Source of the DNA: Syntrophorhabdaceae bacterium
GTDB lineage: Bacteria > Desulfobacterota > Syntrophorhabdia > Syntrophorhabdales > Syntrophorhabdaceae
Assembly: GCA_036504895.1 (NCBI GenBank)
Contig: DASXUJ010000088.1
Coordinates: 85,296-149,295 of the forward strand
Reading direction: 5' to 3'
DNA length: 64,000 nt
Shown: piece after piece, positions 9,686-19,479 of the stretch
Layout: the number at the start of each line of letters is the position of its first letter
How positions within the stretch are numbered: the stretch's first letter is position 1
The notes under the pieces: model-generated
What the model was told of the DNA's origin: nothing
What the model saw: only the letters and a program-made list of their open reading frames with translations
The model's database searches: none
Made by a program: the position numbers and the translations under genes

Positions 9686-10021
9686 ATGGGAAAGGTTAGG
9701 AAATATTCGGTCTGGGCGGGGCCCGTCATTCTCGCCTGCGTCTTGTTTCTCGCGCCTTCAACGAAATTATTCGCGGAAGGGGGCACGGCTGCCCCCGTAA
9801 ATTACAATGTCGGGGTGTCTCTAAAGGATAACCTCACCTCTTTTGCCGGTAAGGATATTTACGTGAGCCTCCGTTCGGGCAAAGTATACCAGGGTTACGT
9901 GAAATCGGTGGGGGACGCCTTCCTTCACCTGGAGAAGATTGCCGGGAAGGATTTCTACGATGCCCTTATACGGCTCGATGACATAAGCGCTGTTGAAGCA
10001 AAATTCAGGGGCTTTAAGTAA
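9686..10021 (+). CDS. Small secreted hypothetical protein (111 aa)
   Basis: AAGGAGG RBS and a signal peptide MGKVRKYSVWAGPVILACVLFLAPSTKLFA. No family recognised. The longer ORF from 9479 lacks an RBS. Confidence 0.6.
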   Translation: MGKVRKYSVWAGPVILACVLFLAPSTKLFAEGGTAAPVNYNVGVSLKDNLTSFAGKDIYVSLRSGKVYQGYVKSVGDAFLHLEKIAGKDFYDALIRLDDISAVEAKFRGFK

Positions 10022-10102
10022 ACCCGAAGGCTTCGGCTCCTTGATCACTGAAGGGCGCCGTCCGTCACGAAGCCGGCTCGCGCCCTTCGGCAATCTTCGA
10101 TT

Positions 10103-11260
10103 CTACGGGGTAATAAGCTCCGGATCGCTCACTACGCCCAGATTGCGGAATTTGCCCTTCTTCACGATCTGGACCTGGACGTCTTTTACGACCTCCCCTT
10201 CAGGGGTGAACCTCTTTATGTCGCCTGTCAGGCCGTTGAAGTTCTTGATCGAGGCGATGGCGCCCCGTATATCGGCTCCCTTCACGCTCTTGGCGCGCTT
10301 TATGGCGTCGCAGATGATCATGAAGCCGTCATAGGCGGATGCGCCCACCATGTCGGGCTGAATCTTGAATCTCTGCTCGTAGGTGGAGAGGAACTTCTTT
10401 ACCTCCGGCCTTTTATCGTCCCTGTTCAGGTTCGTGACGATGATGAAGCCCTCGGCAGCCTGGATGCCCGCGATCTCCACGAATTTAGGGGAATCGGCGC
10501 CCTCTTCTCCTAGAATGGGCGCGGTAATGCCCATCTCCCTTGCCTGCTTTACGATCGGTCCGGTCTGGAAATAGTAGCCGCTTGCGAGGATGAGGTCAGG
10601 GCTGTCCTGTTTGATCTTCGAAAGGTACGCCTTGAAATCCTTTTCAGCCATGGGATAGACCTGCTGAGAGACGATTGAAGCCGTCCCCTTGGCATATTTG
10701 TCGATGTAATATTTGAAGCCGTCGGCGAGGGTGCGGCCGAAGTCATTGTCGCTCGTGAGCAGGGCGATCTTCTTTGCCTTCAGCATCTTGACTGCCACGT
10801 AGCCCGCGGACTTGCCTTCCACCTGACCCAGAAAGCCGTTACGGAAGCAAAAGTTTCCCGCTTTTGTGATATCGGGATGGACCGCATAGGCTGCCACGAA
10901 GGGTATCTTCTCTTCCTGAAAAATGGGAGCCACGGCCCTGCTCGGCTGGCTGTAGGAGCCGCCTACCGCCGCCACGACCTTGTCCTGCTCGATGAGCTTT
11001 CGTGCGAGGGCCACGGCCTCTTTTGCGTCGCCCCTGTCATCGTAGGAGACAAGCTCCACCTTTTTGCCCATGAGGCCCCCTTCGGCATTGACCCGCTCGA
11101 CGGCGAGCTTCACCGAATTCAAGGCACTCGCCCCGTCCGCCGCGGCCGCGCCGGTAAGAGGGACCAGAAGGCCGATCTTTACGGTATCGGCCGCTCCGGC
11201 CGTACCTGTAATAATGAGGCATCCTAAAAGAATAAGAAAGAAAAGCTTCACCGATTTCAT
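10103..11260 (-). CDS. ABC transporter substrate-binding protein, Leu/Ile/Val-binding (LivK/J) family
   Basis: Signal peptide followed by TVKIGLLVPLTGAAAADG..., typical of type I periplasmic binding proteins. GGAGGTG RBS before the ATG at 11260. Confidence 0.85.
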   Translation of the reverse strand: MKSVKLFFLILLGCLIITGTAGAADTVKIGLLVPLTGAAAADGASALNSVKLAVERVNAEGGLMGKKVELVSYDDRGDAKEAVALARKLIEQDKVVAAVGGSYSQPSRAVAPIFQEEKIPFVAAYAVHPDITKAGNFCFRNGFLGQVEGKSAGYVAVKMLKAKKIALLTSDNDFGRTLADGFKYYIDKYAKGTASIVSQQVYPMAEKDFKAYLSKIKQDSPDLILASGYYFQTGPIVKQAREMGITAPILGEEGADSPKFVEIAGIQAAEGFIIVTNLNRDDKRPEVKKFLSTYEQRFKIQPDMVGASAYDGFMIICDAIKRAKSVKGADIRGAIASIKNFNGLTGDIKRFTPEGEVVKDVQVQIVKKGKFRNLGVVSDPELITP

Positions 11261-11284
11261 GTCCCGCACCTCCTGCACAGTTTT

Positions 11285-11995
11285 TTAATTGCCCAGATAT
11301 ACTTCCTTCACCCGCGGGTCCACAAGAAGGTCCCGGGCATGACCTTCGAGCACACACGAGCCCGTCTCAAGCACGTAGCCTCTCTTCGAAATGGAAAGGG
11401 ACGCGAAGGCATTCTGCTCCACCAGGAGAATCGTGAGGCCCTGTTCGCGGTTCAACTGTTCCAGGACCCCGAAGACCTGCTCCACGAGTTTCGGCATGAG
11501 CCCCATGGAAACCTCGTCAACGAGCAGGAGCTCAGGGTCCGATATGAGGGCCCTGGCAATGGACAACTGCTGCTGCTCGCCCCCTGAAAGGGTGGTCGCG
11601 AGCTGGCCGCTCCTCTCCTTAAGGATGGGGAATATGCCGTAGAGCCAATCGATCCTCTTATCCACCGGTATCTTCTTCTTAAGGCCGTAAACACCGGTAA
11701 GAAGGTTCTCGTACACGGTAAGTCTCGGGAAGAGTCGGGAGCGCTCCGGCACCATTCTTATCCCGATTCTCGCCCGTTCATGGGAGGCCATGGTGGTAAT
11801 ATCCCGTCCCTTAAAAAAAATCGCCCCGGCCTTCACCGGCAGTATGCCCATGAGGGCGCTCAAAATCGAGGTCTTACCCGCCCCGTTCGCGCCGATGATG
11901 GAGACGAGCTCTCCTTCTTCGAGCCGGAAATTGACACCCGAGACTGCTTCGATATCGCCGTAGGCGATGTGAATACCTTTCACCTCAAGGAGCAT
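11285..11995 (-). CDS. livF: ABC transporter ATP-binding protein (LivF type)
   Basis: Walker A GANGAGKTS, signature LSGGEQQ and Walker B LLLVDE. Confidence 0.9.
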   Translation of the reverse strand: MLLEVKGIHIAYGDIEAVSGVNFRLEEGELVSIIGANGAGKTSILSALMGILPVKAGAIFFKGRDITTMASHERARIGIRMVPERSRLFPRLTVYENLLTGVYGLKKKIPVDKRIDWLYGIFPILKERSGQLATTLSGGEQQQLSIARALISDPELLLVDEVSMGLMPKLVEQVFGVLEQLNREQGLTILLVEQNAFASLSISKRGYVLETGSCVLEGHARDLLVDPRVKEVYLGN

Positions 11996-12752
11996 AGGCC
12001 ACCCCCTTCCTGCCGAGATAGGCCTCGATCACCGTCTCGTCCTCCTGTATCACCTGAGGTGGCCCTTCAGCGATCTTCCTTCCGTGGTCAAGGACCACGA
12101 TGCGGTCGCAGAGACCCATGGTGACCCGCATATTGTGCTCGATGAGGATCACGGTGCGTCCCTCGCCCCGTATGGTCCTGATGAGCGACTCCAGACGGGC
12201 GATCTCTTCATGTCTCAGGCCGGAAAAGGACTCATCCAGGAGAAGGAGGGTATGGCCCACCACCAGGGCGCGGGCAATCTCAAGACGGCGGAGGTTGCCC
12301 AGGGGTAAAAGCCCCGCTTTCCTGTCGGCGAGCTCGGCGAGTCCTACCTTTTCAAGGCATTCCATCGCCCTTGTTCGATCCGCCTTCGAGCGGGAGGACG
12401 ACCATATTCTGGCAAGCCGTCCATAGCGCATGACACCGAGGGCCACGAGCACGTTCTCCAGGACCGTGAGGGTGGCGAAAGGCTTCACGATCTGAAAGGT
12501 CCTGCCTATCCCTTCCCGAGCGATCACATGGGAGGGAAGGCCGGAAATCCTTCTTCCCTGGAGGAGAATCTCCCCTCCGCTCGGCTCATAGGCGCCGGAG
12601 ATGAGGTTGAAGAGCACGGTCTTACCCGCGCCGTTGGGACCGAGAATTCCCAGTATCTCACCTGCAAAGAGGTCGAAATCGACCCCGTCCACGGCCTTCA
12701 GGCCCCCGAAATATTTGGAGACCCCCCGTGCGGAGAGGAGCGGTTCGTTCAT
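11985..12752 (-). CDS. livG: ABC transporter ATP-binding protein (LivG type)
   Basis: MNEPLLSARGVSKYFGGLKAV..GPNGAGKT.. The ATG at 12752 overlaps the livM stop (ATGA). The upstream part of the 563-aa track ORF is an out-of-frame shadow of livM. Confidence 0.9.
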   Translation of the reverse strand: MNEPLLSARGVSKYFGGLKAVDGVDFDLFAGEILGILGPNGAGKTVLFNLISGAYEPSGGEILLQGRRISGLPSHVIAREGIGRTFQIVKPFATLTVLENVLVALGVMRYGRLARIWSSSRSKADRTRAMECLEKVGLAELADRKAGLLPLGNLRRLEIARALVVGHTLLLLDESFSGLRHEEIARLESLIRTIRGEGRTVILIEHNMRVTMGLCDRIVVLDHGRKIAEGPPQVIQEDETVIEAYLGRKGVAYAP

Positions 12753-13633
12753 CCTTTGCTCCTTCTGAGAATGGGGTCGAGTACGCGGCGCATGGCGCTT
12801 TCTTCGCCCAGAAGGCCGCCTGGCTGAAAGCGGATCACGAGGATGAGGAGCACCGTATAGAAGAGCATACGATAGTCGACGAGGGGACGGAAGAGCTCGG
12901 GGAGGATGCCCAAAATCACGGTCCCCACCACAGGGCCCCACAAGGTGCCCATGCCGCCCAGTACGAGCATACTCAAAAGCATCACGGAGACAGGGAAGGA
13001 GAAGTCCCCCGCACTGATAAACTGCATGTAATGGGCGTAAAGGGAGCCTCCGAGGGCCGCCATGGCCGTGCCGATGACAAAGGCAAGGAGCTTGAACCTG
13101 ACAGGAGATATCCCCATGGCAGAGGCCGCCGATTCCTCTTCCCGTATGGCATAGCATGCGAGGCTCGCCCAAGAGCGGGTGAACCACCAGCAGATGAGCT
13201 GGGTCACGGCGAGAAAGCCGAGGCAGAGATAAAAAAAGGAGATGCCCTTCAGCCGGATGTCGAAGAACATGATCCGGGGGATGCCTCCGATGCCGAGGGC
13301 GCCGCCGAAGAAGGGCACGTACCGGAAGACCGCCTCCACTATAAAGTTGATGCCGATGGTGGTGATGGCGAGAAAATCCTCCCTCACCCTGATGCTCGGG
13401 AGCCCGAGGAGGAATCCGATCGACATGCTTATGGCGAGTACCAGGGGCAGGGCGGTCCAGAAGGAAAGGCCGAGCTTGGTAGAGAGTATGGCAGCCGTAT
13501 AGGCGCCGATGCCGAAAAAGGCCGCATGGCCGAGAGAGATCTGGCCCGCATAACCCACGATCACATTGAGCCCGCAGACCGCAATGGCCTGTATCACGAT
13601 GAGGGTGCCGATGGTGATGACATAGGAGCTCAT
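12749..13633 (-). CDS. livM: Branched-chain-type ABC transporter permease (LivM type)
   Basis: Polytopic protein with ..GYAGQISLGHAAFFGIGAY.. typical of LivM. Confidence 0.9.
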   Translation of the reverse strand: MSSYVITIGTLIVIQAIAVCGLNVIVGYAGQISLGHAAFFGIGAYTAAILSTKLGLSFWTALPLVLAISMSIGFLLGLPSIRVREDFLAITTIGINFIVEAVFRYVPFFGGALGIGGIPRIMFFDIRLKGISFFYLCLGFLAVTQLICWWFTRSWASLACYAIREEESAASAMGISPVRFKLLAFVIGTAMAALGGSLYAHYMQFISAGDFSFPVSVMLLSMLVLGGMGTLWGPVVGTVILGILPELFRPLVDYRMLFYTVLLILVIRFQPGGLLGEESAMRRVLDPILRRSKG

Positions 13634-13639
13634 GCCCGC

Positions 13640-14506
13640 CTACCTCGATGAGCCGAGAAGCCCTTCCGAGCGCCACATGAGAACCCCTATCATGGCGATA
13701 AAGGCGAGGGCGTCCCTGGGAAGGGGGATATTCGCATAGCCGATGAGGAGGGTCTCCGCGGTGCCGAGAAGGAGCGAGGCGATCACGGCGCCGGGCACGG
13801 AGCCTAAGCCGCCCACCACGATGAGTGCCAGTGTCTTGTAAGCGGGGACGGTCCCCATGGTGGGATATACCTGGTTATAATAGATCCCCACGAGAATCCC
13901 CGCGATGGAGGCGATGGACGAGCCTATGACAAAGGTGAGGGATATGATCCTGTGGCTGTTTATGCCCATAGCCCCGGAAATGGCGATATCCTGGGAGGTG
14001 GCCCGCATGGCGAGGCCAAGCTCGGTCCGGGTCGTGATATACCAGAGCACGAGGAGCACGAGGGCGGTAATGGCGTACACAGCGAGGATCGTGGAGGATA
14101 TGTTGATGCCGCCCACCGTGAGGTCAGGGAAGGGAAGCTTTGCCGGGAAGGTGAGGATATAGGGACCGGCAACGAGGCGGAGCACCTCTTCGAGGGAGAG
14201 CATGACGGCGATGCTTCCGATAAGGGGTACATAGGGCGGATATTTCATGAGCGGATAGTAGATGAACCTCTCGATGAGCACCCCCAGGACTGAGCAGAGC
14301 ACCATGGAGCCCAAGAAGCCGACGATAAGGCTTCCGGTAAGGCCATAGAGGAGGAGCCCCGCATAGGCCCCCACGGTGAAGACTGCCGCATGGGCCACGT
14401 GGAGTATCCTCATGATGCCATAGACGAGGGCAAGCCCCAGGGTTATGAGGGCATAGATGGAGCCCATGGCGAGACCGTTCAGCAGTTGTTCGATAAATAA
14501 ACGCAT
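13640..14506 (-). CDS. livH: Branched-chain-type ABC transporter permease (LivH type)
   Basis: MRLFIEQLLNGLAMGSIYALITLGLALVYG... is a typical LivH N-terminus. Confidence 0.9.
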   Translation of the reverse strand: MRLFIEQLLNGLAMGSIYALITLGLALVYGIMRILHVAHAAVFTVGAYAGLLLYGLTGSLIVGFLGSMVLCSVLGVLIERFIYYPLMKYPPYVPLIGSIAVMLSLEEVLRLVAGPYILTFPAKLPFPDLTVGGINISSTILAVYAITALVLLVLWYITTRTELGLAMRATSQDIAISGAMGINSHRIISLTFVIGSSIASIAGILVGIYYNQVYPTMGTVPAYKTLALIVVGGLGSVPGAVIASLLLGTAETLLIGYANIPLPRDALAFIAMIGVLMWRSEGLLGSSR

Positions 14507-14515
14507 GAGGACTCC

Positions 14516-15151
14516 TTAACCCTCTCTTTCCATTATGGCGCGGGCGTGGGAGAGAATCTCGCTCTCCATCTCCCGCGCTTTTATTTCGAGAATATCCGCC
14601 TTTTCCGCCATGGCGGAGACGAAAGACTCGTCCTTAAGGGACGAGAGGTTTATCCGCACGTTGAGGAGGGCCCCCAGAACCGCGGAGCGGGCCATCAAAG
14701 CCCCCACCGCGCCGTCGGTGACGGCGTTCACGTTCCCCTCGACGATAACCCTTTTCGAGAGGTCGAGAAGCTCTACCCCTGCTTCGGCCACGGACATCGG
14801 TACCCGTGCCGCCTCGGTCAGGGCTGCCTGAATCGCCTGCTGCCGCGCAGCCTTTTCCCCATCCGTGGTTTTCACCATCCGGTATGCCTTCATCACTTCG
14901 GTATATGCGGCTGAATCCCTGTCGATATCGACCGTGAGCCGCGCCCCGATCTCCTCCGCCCGCCCTAGTATCGCGGTCATCCGCCCGTCGAGACTCGCCT
15001 CGTTCGATCTTCCCAAGGTAAGGCGGGCGACCATGGCGGACAGGGCTGCGGAAATTGCCGCACCGAGGGCGGCCACACTTCCTCCGCCGGGGACGGGCTC
15101 ACCTGAACCCACCCGTTCCAGGAATTCTTTAATTTTCAATTCCGATAGCAT
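14516..15151 (-). CDS. Formiminotetrahydrofolate cyclodeaminase (FTCD C-terminal family)
   Basis: The motif ..EPVPGGGSVAALGAAISAALSAMVARLT.. is the cyclodeaminase/cyclohydrolase family signature. Confidence 0.85.
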   Translation of the reverse strand: MLSELKIKEFLERVGSGEPVPGGGSVAALGAAISAALSAMVARLTLGRSNEASLDGRMTAILGRAEEIGARLTVDIDRDSAAYTEVMKAYRMVKTTDGEKAARQQAIQAALTEAARVPMSVAEAGVELLDLSKRVIVEGNVNAVTDGAVGALMARSAVLGALLNVRINLSSLKDESFVSAMAEKADILEIKAREMESEILSHARAIMEREG

Positions 15152-16419
15152 ATTCCCCCTGCAGTCCCTTTCCTGTCTACCACAATTTCACCGTTTTTCA
15201 CAACCTTTTCCACACTGTTGACTGCGATATGATAGGGGATATAGAGGTAGGAGGGATACTCGAGCACCACCACGTCCCCTGCCTTCCCCTCTTCCAGGCT
15301 TCCTGTGGTCCCGGCCCGCCCCAAAGCTGCCGCCCCGTTGAGCGTAAGGGCCGTGAGCGCCTCTTCAGGGGTCATTCCCATATGAAGGGTCGCAAGGGCA
15401 AAGAGGAGTGGGATCGATTCGGTAAAGCAGCTTCCTGGATTAAAATCAGTCGCGAGCGCCACCGCACAGCCCCTGTCGATCATGAACCGCGCCCTTGCAT
15501 AGGGCTCGCGGAGGCTGAAGGCGGTGGCGGGCAGGAGGGTCGCCACGACCCCCGCGTGGGCCATGCCGTCTATTGCCACGTCCGAGGCGTGGAGGAGGTG
15601 GTCCGCGGACTGTGCCCCGAGCTCAATTGCCAGTTCCGCCCCGCCGAGGTGGGTGATCTCATCCGCATGGATCTTTATCTTCATGCCTGCCGCCCGTGCC
15701 GCTAAAAGGAGTCGCCTCGACTGGTCTACCGAGAATACCCCCTTCTCGCAGAAGATGTCGGCGAATTCGGCGAGGGAGAACCGGGCTATCTCGGGAAGCA
15801 CCTTTTCTATGAGAAAATCGACGAACCTGTCCCCCTTTCCCCCAAACTCCGGAGGCACCGCATGGGCGCCCAGAAAGGTCCGCACCACGTCGACGGGGTG
15901 AACTGTGTCAAGTTCCCCCATTACTTCGAGCTGCTTTATCTCCGTATCGCGATCGAGTCCGTAGCCACTTTTACCTTCCACGGTGGTGACCCCGAAGGCG
16001 AGCATACGGTCGAGGCGGGCCCTGCCGGATCTCTTCAATTCTTTCTTTGAGGACTCGCGGGTGGCTTCCACGGAGCTAATAATGCCGCCGCCCCGTTTCA
16101 TGATCTCCATGTAGCTCTCGCCCCGGATGCGCCAGGAGAATTCCTCGGCTCTGTAGCCGCCGAAGATGAAATGGGTATGGGAATCGACAAAACCGGGAAG
16201 CACCGCTTTGCCCGCGGCATCGATCACGACGAATTTTTCCCGGTCCACGTGGGGCAGCACCTCTTCCGTCCTGCCCACCCGGGTAATGATTCCCTCTTCT
16301 ATGGCGAGCGCGCCGTCGGGGATGATCGCGAGAGAGGACATATCGGCTCCGGCAATCGGACCCCGACCCTTCGGGGTCACAAGCTGAGCCGCGTGTATAA
16401 TGAGTAGGTTTCCCCCCAC
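15136..16419 (-). CDS. hutI: Imidazolonepropionase
   Basis: Amidohydrolase with ..LPGFVDSHTHFIFGGYRAEEF.. and ..KIHADE.. typical of HutI. GTG start 2 nt after the upstream stop. Confidence 0.9.
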   Translation of the reverse strand: MGGNLLIIHAAQLVTPKGRGPIAGADMSSLAIIPDGALAIEEGIITRVGRTEEVLPHVDREKFVVIDAAGKAVLPGFVDSHTHFIFGGYRAEEFSWRIRGESYMEIMKRGGGIISSVEATRESSKKELKRSGRARLDRMLAFGVTTVEGKSGYGLDRDTEIKQLEVMGELDTVHPVDVVRTFLGAHAVPPEFGGKGDRFVDFLIEKVLPEIARFSLAEFADIFCEKGVFSVDQSRRLLLAARAAGMKIKIHADEITHLGGAELAIELGAQSADHLLHASDVAIDGMAHAGVVATLLPATAFSLREPYARARFMIDRGCAVALATDFNPGSCFTESIPLLFALATLHMGMTPEEALTALTLNGAAALGRAGTTGSLEEGKAGDVVVLEYPSYLYIPYHIAVNSVEKVVKNGEIVVDRKGTAGGICYRN

Positions 16420-16421
16420 CC

Positions 16422-17318
16422 TTACTCCATGATCCTTGCTTCCAGGACCTGGTCGAGGGAGAAATTCTCGAGGCCCATGTAGTATGCTGCCGTATCGGTG
16501 AGGGCAACCATGGGCGAAAGGCCCACGATCTCGCTCCCTATCACGTTGACGCCGTAACGCTTCGCCTCCGTCCGCACGAGCTCAAAGGCCCGGTAGAGGG
16601 GGGTCCTCGTGTAGTCGGTCATGTTCATGGAGACCTGGGTGATGCCCCGCTCATGGAGGGCTACTCCCATGGCCTTGCAAAACCTGAGCCCGCCGCTTAT
16701 ATGCCTCACCGCTTTTGCGATCGCGTTCGCGATCTCGAGATTATCCGTCGCGAGGTTCACATTGAATGCGATAAGGGGCATCCGGGCGCCCACTGCCACG
16801 ACCCCTGCGGTAGGGTGAATATGGTCTTCGCCGAAATCGGGTTTCCATTCGGGTAATTTCACCTTTTCCGCCATGCCCTCGAATTGGCCCTTCCGTATGG
16901 CGGCGAGGTCAATGCGTCCGGGCACCAATGCAGACGATTCATAGAGGAAGACAGGGAGGCGGTACGTCTCCCAGAGCGCTTTCCCCACGCGTTTCGAGAG
17001 GTCTATCGCCTCGTCGACCGTCACATCCCGCACGGGGATAAAGGGGATCACGTCGGCCGCGCCCATCCGGGGGTGCTGCCCCTTGTGGAGCCTCATGTCG
17101 ATCACGTCGATGGCCGCGCCTACCGCGGCCACGACCGCCTCTTTGACCGGCTCCGGCTCTCCCACCACGGTCACCACGAGCCGGTTGTGGTCCTCGTCCT
17201 TCTGATAATCGAGGAGCTTTACCCCCTCTTTCCCGCGGAAAGGGGTGAGGATGCGCTCTATCTTCTCCATGTCCCTGCCTTCGCTGAAATTAGGCACGCA
17301 TTCAACGATCTTCTTCAT
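16422..17318 (-). CDS. ftcD: Glutamate formimidoyltransferase
   Basis: MKKIVECVPNFSEGRD... is the canonical N-terminus of formiminotransferases. Confidence 0.9.
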   Translation of the reverse strand: MKKIVECVPNFSEGRDMEKIERILTPFRGKEGVKLLDYQKDEDHNRLVVTVVGEPEPVKEAVVAAVGAAIDVIDMRLHKGQHPRMGAADVIPFIPVRDVTVDEAIDLSKRVGKALWETYRLPVFLYESSALVPGRIDLAAIRKGQFEGMAEKVKLPEWKPDFGEDHIHPTAGVVAVGARMPLIAFNVNLATDNLEIANAIAKAVRHISGGLRFCKAMGVALHERGITQVSMNMTDYTRTPLYRAFELVRTEAKRYGVNVIGSEIVGLSPMVALTDTAAYYMGLENFSLDQVLEARIME

Positions 17319-17321
17319 TTA

Positions 17322-19349
17322 TCACCCTCGGTCAATCAGTTTTGTAATCATCTCTTCATCGGCGAGATAGGGGAGGGTAATCTGATCCGTCCCCTTATTC
17401 GCCTCGTTATAGCGTATCACCGTCTCGATGGAGCCCCTGTTGCGGGCCCAGGCCCTGCGCGCCACGCCGCCCATCACGTCCCAGGGAATGGCCTCCCTGA
17501 TGACCCGGTCCACCCGTTCGCTTCCGTCGAGGACGAGGCCGAAGCCGCCGTTGATCGCCTTCCCGATGCCCACGCCGCCCCCGTTGTGGAGGGCCACGAG
17601 GCTCATCCCGCGGCAGGCGTTGCCCGCGAAACATTGGGTGGCCATATCGGCCATGATGTTACTGCCGTCTTTAATATTGGCCGTCTCCCTGAAAGGGGAA
17701 TCGGTGCCGCCCGTGTCGTGGTGGTCCCGTCCGAGCATGACGGGCCCGATCTCACCCTTTCTCACCATCTCGTTAAATTTGAGGGCAATATTCATGCGCC
17801 CTTCCGAGTCCTGGTAGAGTATTCTGGCCTGGGTGCCCACCACGAGGTTATTCTTCTTCGCATCCCTGATCCAGTTATAGTTGTCCCGGTCCTGGAACCT
17901 TCCTTCGGGATCGATGCACGACATGGCCGCCTGGTCCGTCTTTTCCAGGTCTTCAGGCAGACCGCTCAGACAGACCCAGCGGAAAGGCCCGTACCCGAGA
18001 TCGAAGAGGAGCGGCCCCATGATGTCCTCCACGTAGGAGGGGAAAATGAACCCTTTGGTGGCGTCCCGGCCGTTCCTGCATATCTCGGCGATGCCCGTAT
18101 CGTAGACGGCTTTTAAAAAGCTGTTCCCGTAATCGAAGAAATAGACGCCCCGCGCAACAAGGGTCTTGATGAGCTCGTAATGCCTTTTGAGGGAGGCATC
18201 GACCATGGCCCTGAACTTTGTGTGGTCCGTCCTGAGGAGCTCAGTCCGGGCCTCGAAAGTGAGGCCCTGGGGGCAGTAACCCCCGTCGTAGGCCGCATGG
18301 CAGGAGGTCTGGTCGGAAAGGAGGTCGATGGGCACGCGGTGGGTCACCGCGTGTTCGAGGAGGTCGACGATATTTCCGTAGAAGGCGATGGAGCCTTTGG
18401 TCTTCTCTTCCGTAAGGCCTGCCGCCATGCGGAATGCCTCTTCCGGCGTCTCGACCACCCGGCTCACCCACCCCTGAGACTGCCTCGTTTTTATCCGTGA
18501 AGGGTCGACCTCCGCAATAATGGCGACGCCGTTGGCGATCTCCGCGGCCTTCCCCTGGGCGCCGCTCATACCCCCGAGCCCTGAGGAGACGAAAAGCCTG
18601 CCCGTCATATCCGCCCTGTCGGAGAGATCGAACTTGAGGCGGGCCGCATTGAGGAGGGTGGAATAGGTGCCGTGGACAATGCCCTGGGGGCCGATATACA
18701 TCCAACCCCCTGCGGTCATCTGGCCGTAGTTCGCCACCCCGAGGGCCGCGGCCCTGTGCCAGTTCTCCTGGTCGTCGAAGCAGCCCACCATGAGGCCGTT
18801 GGTAATTATCACCCGCGGGGCGTGGGCGCTCGACCTGAAAAGCCCGAGGGGATGGCCTGATTCCACCACCAGGGTCTTCTCATGGTCCAGGCACTTCAAA
18901 TATTCGACAATAAGGCGGTACTGGAGCCAGTTCTGGCAGACCTGGCCCGTCTCGCCGTAGGTGACGAGCTCATAAGGGTAGAGGGCCACGTCGAAGTCGA
19001 GATTGTTGTCGATCATGATCTGAAAGGCCCTGCCTTCGATGCATTCTCCCGTATATGATGAGATCGCCTTTCCCCTGATCGCCCCAACAGGTCTGAAACG
19101 GTAGGCGTAAATCCTCCCGCGGGTCCTGAGCTCTTCGAGAAATTCAGGGGCAAGGGCCGCATGCCACTTCTCCGGCACGTAACGCAACGCGTTCTTCAAG
19201 GCAAGGATGATCTCCTCTCTTGAAAGGGTGAGGTTCCGCTTCGGCGCCCTGCGCACCCCCGCCACGAAAGCGGGCATGGCCGGCAATTCGCTGAACAGGT
19301 CCTCGAGCCTCACGCTCATCGCCCGGGAGATCGCATCATTCGAGATCAT
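17322..19349 (-). CDS. hutU: Urocanate hydratase (long form)
   Basis: 675 aa with urocanase blocks (..GLGGMSGAQ.., ..GRDHHDTGG..). GGAGG RBS. Confidence 0.9.
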   Translation of the reverse strand: MISNDAISRAMSVRLEDLFSELPAMPAFVAGVRRAPKRNLTLSREEIILALKNALRYVPEKWHAALAPEFLEELRTRGRIYAYRFRPVGAIRGKAISSYTGECIEGRAFQIMIDNNLDFDVALYPYELVTYGETGQVCQNWLQYRLIVEYLKCLDHEKTLVVESGHPLGLFRSSAHAPRVIITNGLMVGCFDDQENWHRAAALGVANYGQMTAGGWMYIGPQGIVHGTYSTLLNAARLKFDLSDRADMTGRLFVSSGLGGMSGAQGKAAEIANGVAIIAEVDPSRIKTRQSQGWVSRVVETPEEAFRMAAGLTEEKTKGSIAFYGNIVDLLEHAVTHRVPIDLLSDQTSCHAAYDGGYCPQGLTFEARTELLRTDHTKFRAMVDASLKRHYELIKTLVARGVYFFDYGNSFLKAVYDTGIAEICRNGRDATKGFIFPSYVEDIMGPLLFDLGYGPFRWVCLSGLPEDLEKTDQAAMSCIDPEGRFQDRDNYNWIRDAKKNNLVVGTQARILYQDSEGRMNIALKFNEMVRKGEIGPVMLGRDHHDTGGTDSPFRETANIKDGSNIMADMATQCFAGNACRGMSLVALHNGGGVGIGKAINGGFGLVLDGSERVDRVIREAIPWDVMGGVARRAWARNRGSIETVIRYNEANKGTDQITLPYLADEEMITKLIDRG

Positions 19350-19378
19350 GATTTCCTCCGGAAATAATTGGTAAAATC

Positions 19379-19406
19379 GTATATAGTATATGGTATATCG
19401 TATATA
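19379..19406. repeat. Four tandem heptamers (GTATATN)x4 in the hutU promoter region
   Basis: cGTATATaGTATATgGTATATcGTATATa lies 30-57 bp upstream of the hutU ATG. Confidence 0.7.
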
Positions 19407-19479
19407 GGAAACGCGACGGGATTAGCCTTTTCCGTCCTCTTTTCCCTCAACCTCTACCTGTCTCAACCTCAACCTGCCT

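Noticed and set aside
11985-13676. 563-aa minus-strand ORF that appears to fuse livG to a long N-terminal extension
   Set aside because: The first roughly 300 codons are an out-of-frame overlap of livM with an R-, P-, H- and G-rich nonsense translation. The real livG starts at the ATG at 12752, which overlaps the livM stop.
16884-18116. 410-aa plus-strand ORF; similar long antisense ORFs at 31963..33348, 37544..38791, 41682..42713, 48782..50158, 53808..55331 and 58904..59800
   Set aside because: Each lies opposite a confidently identified gene (ftcD/hutU, the molybdoenzyme, acr3, the permease, the PpsA-like gene, proS, the FN3 protein). All have skewed low-complexity composition, no RBS and no family resemblance.
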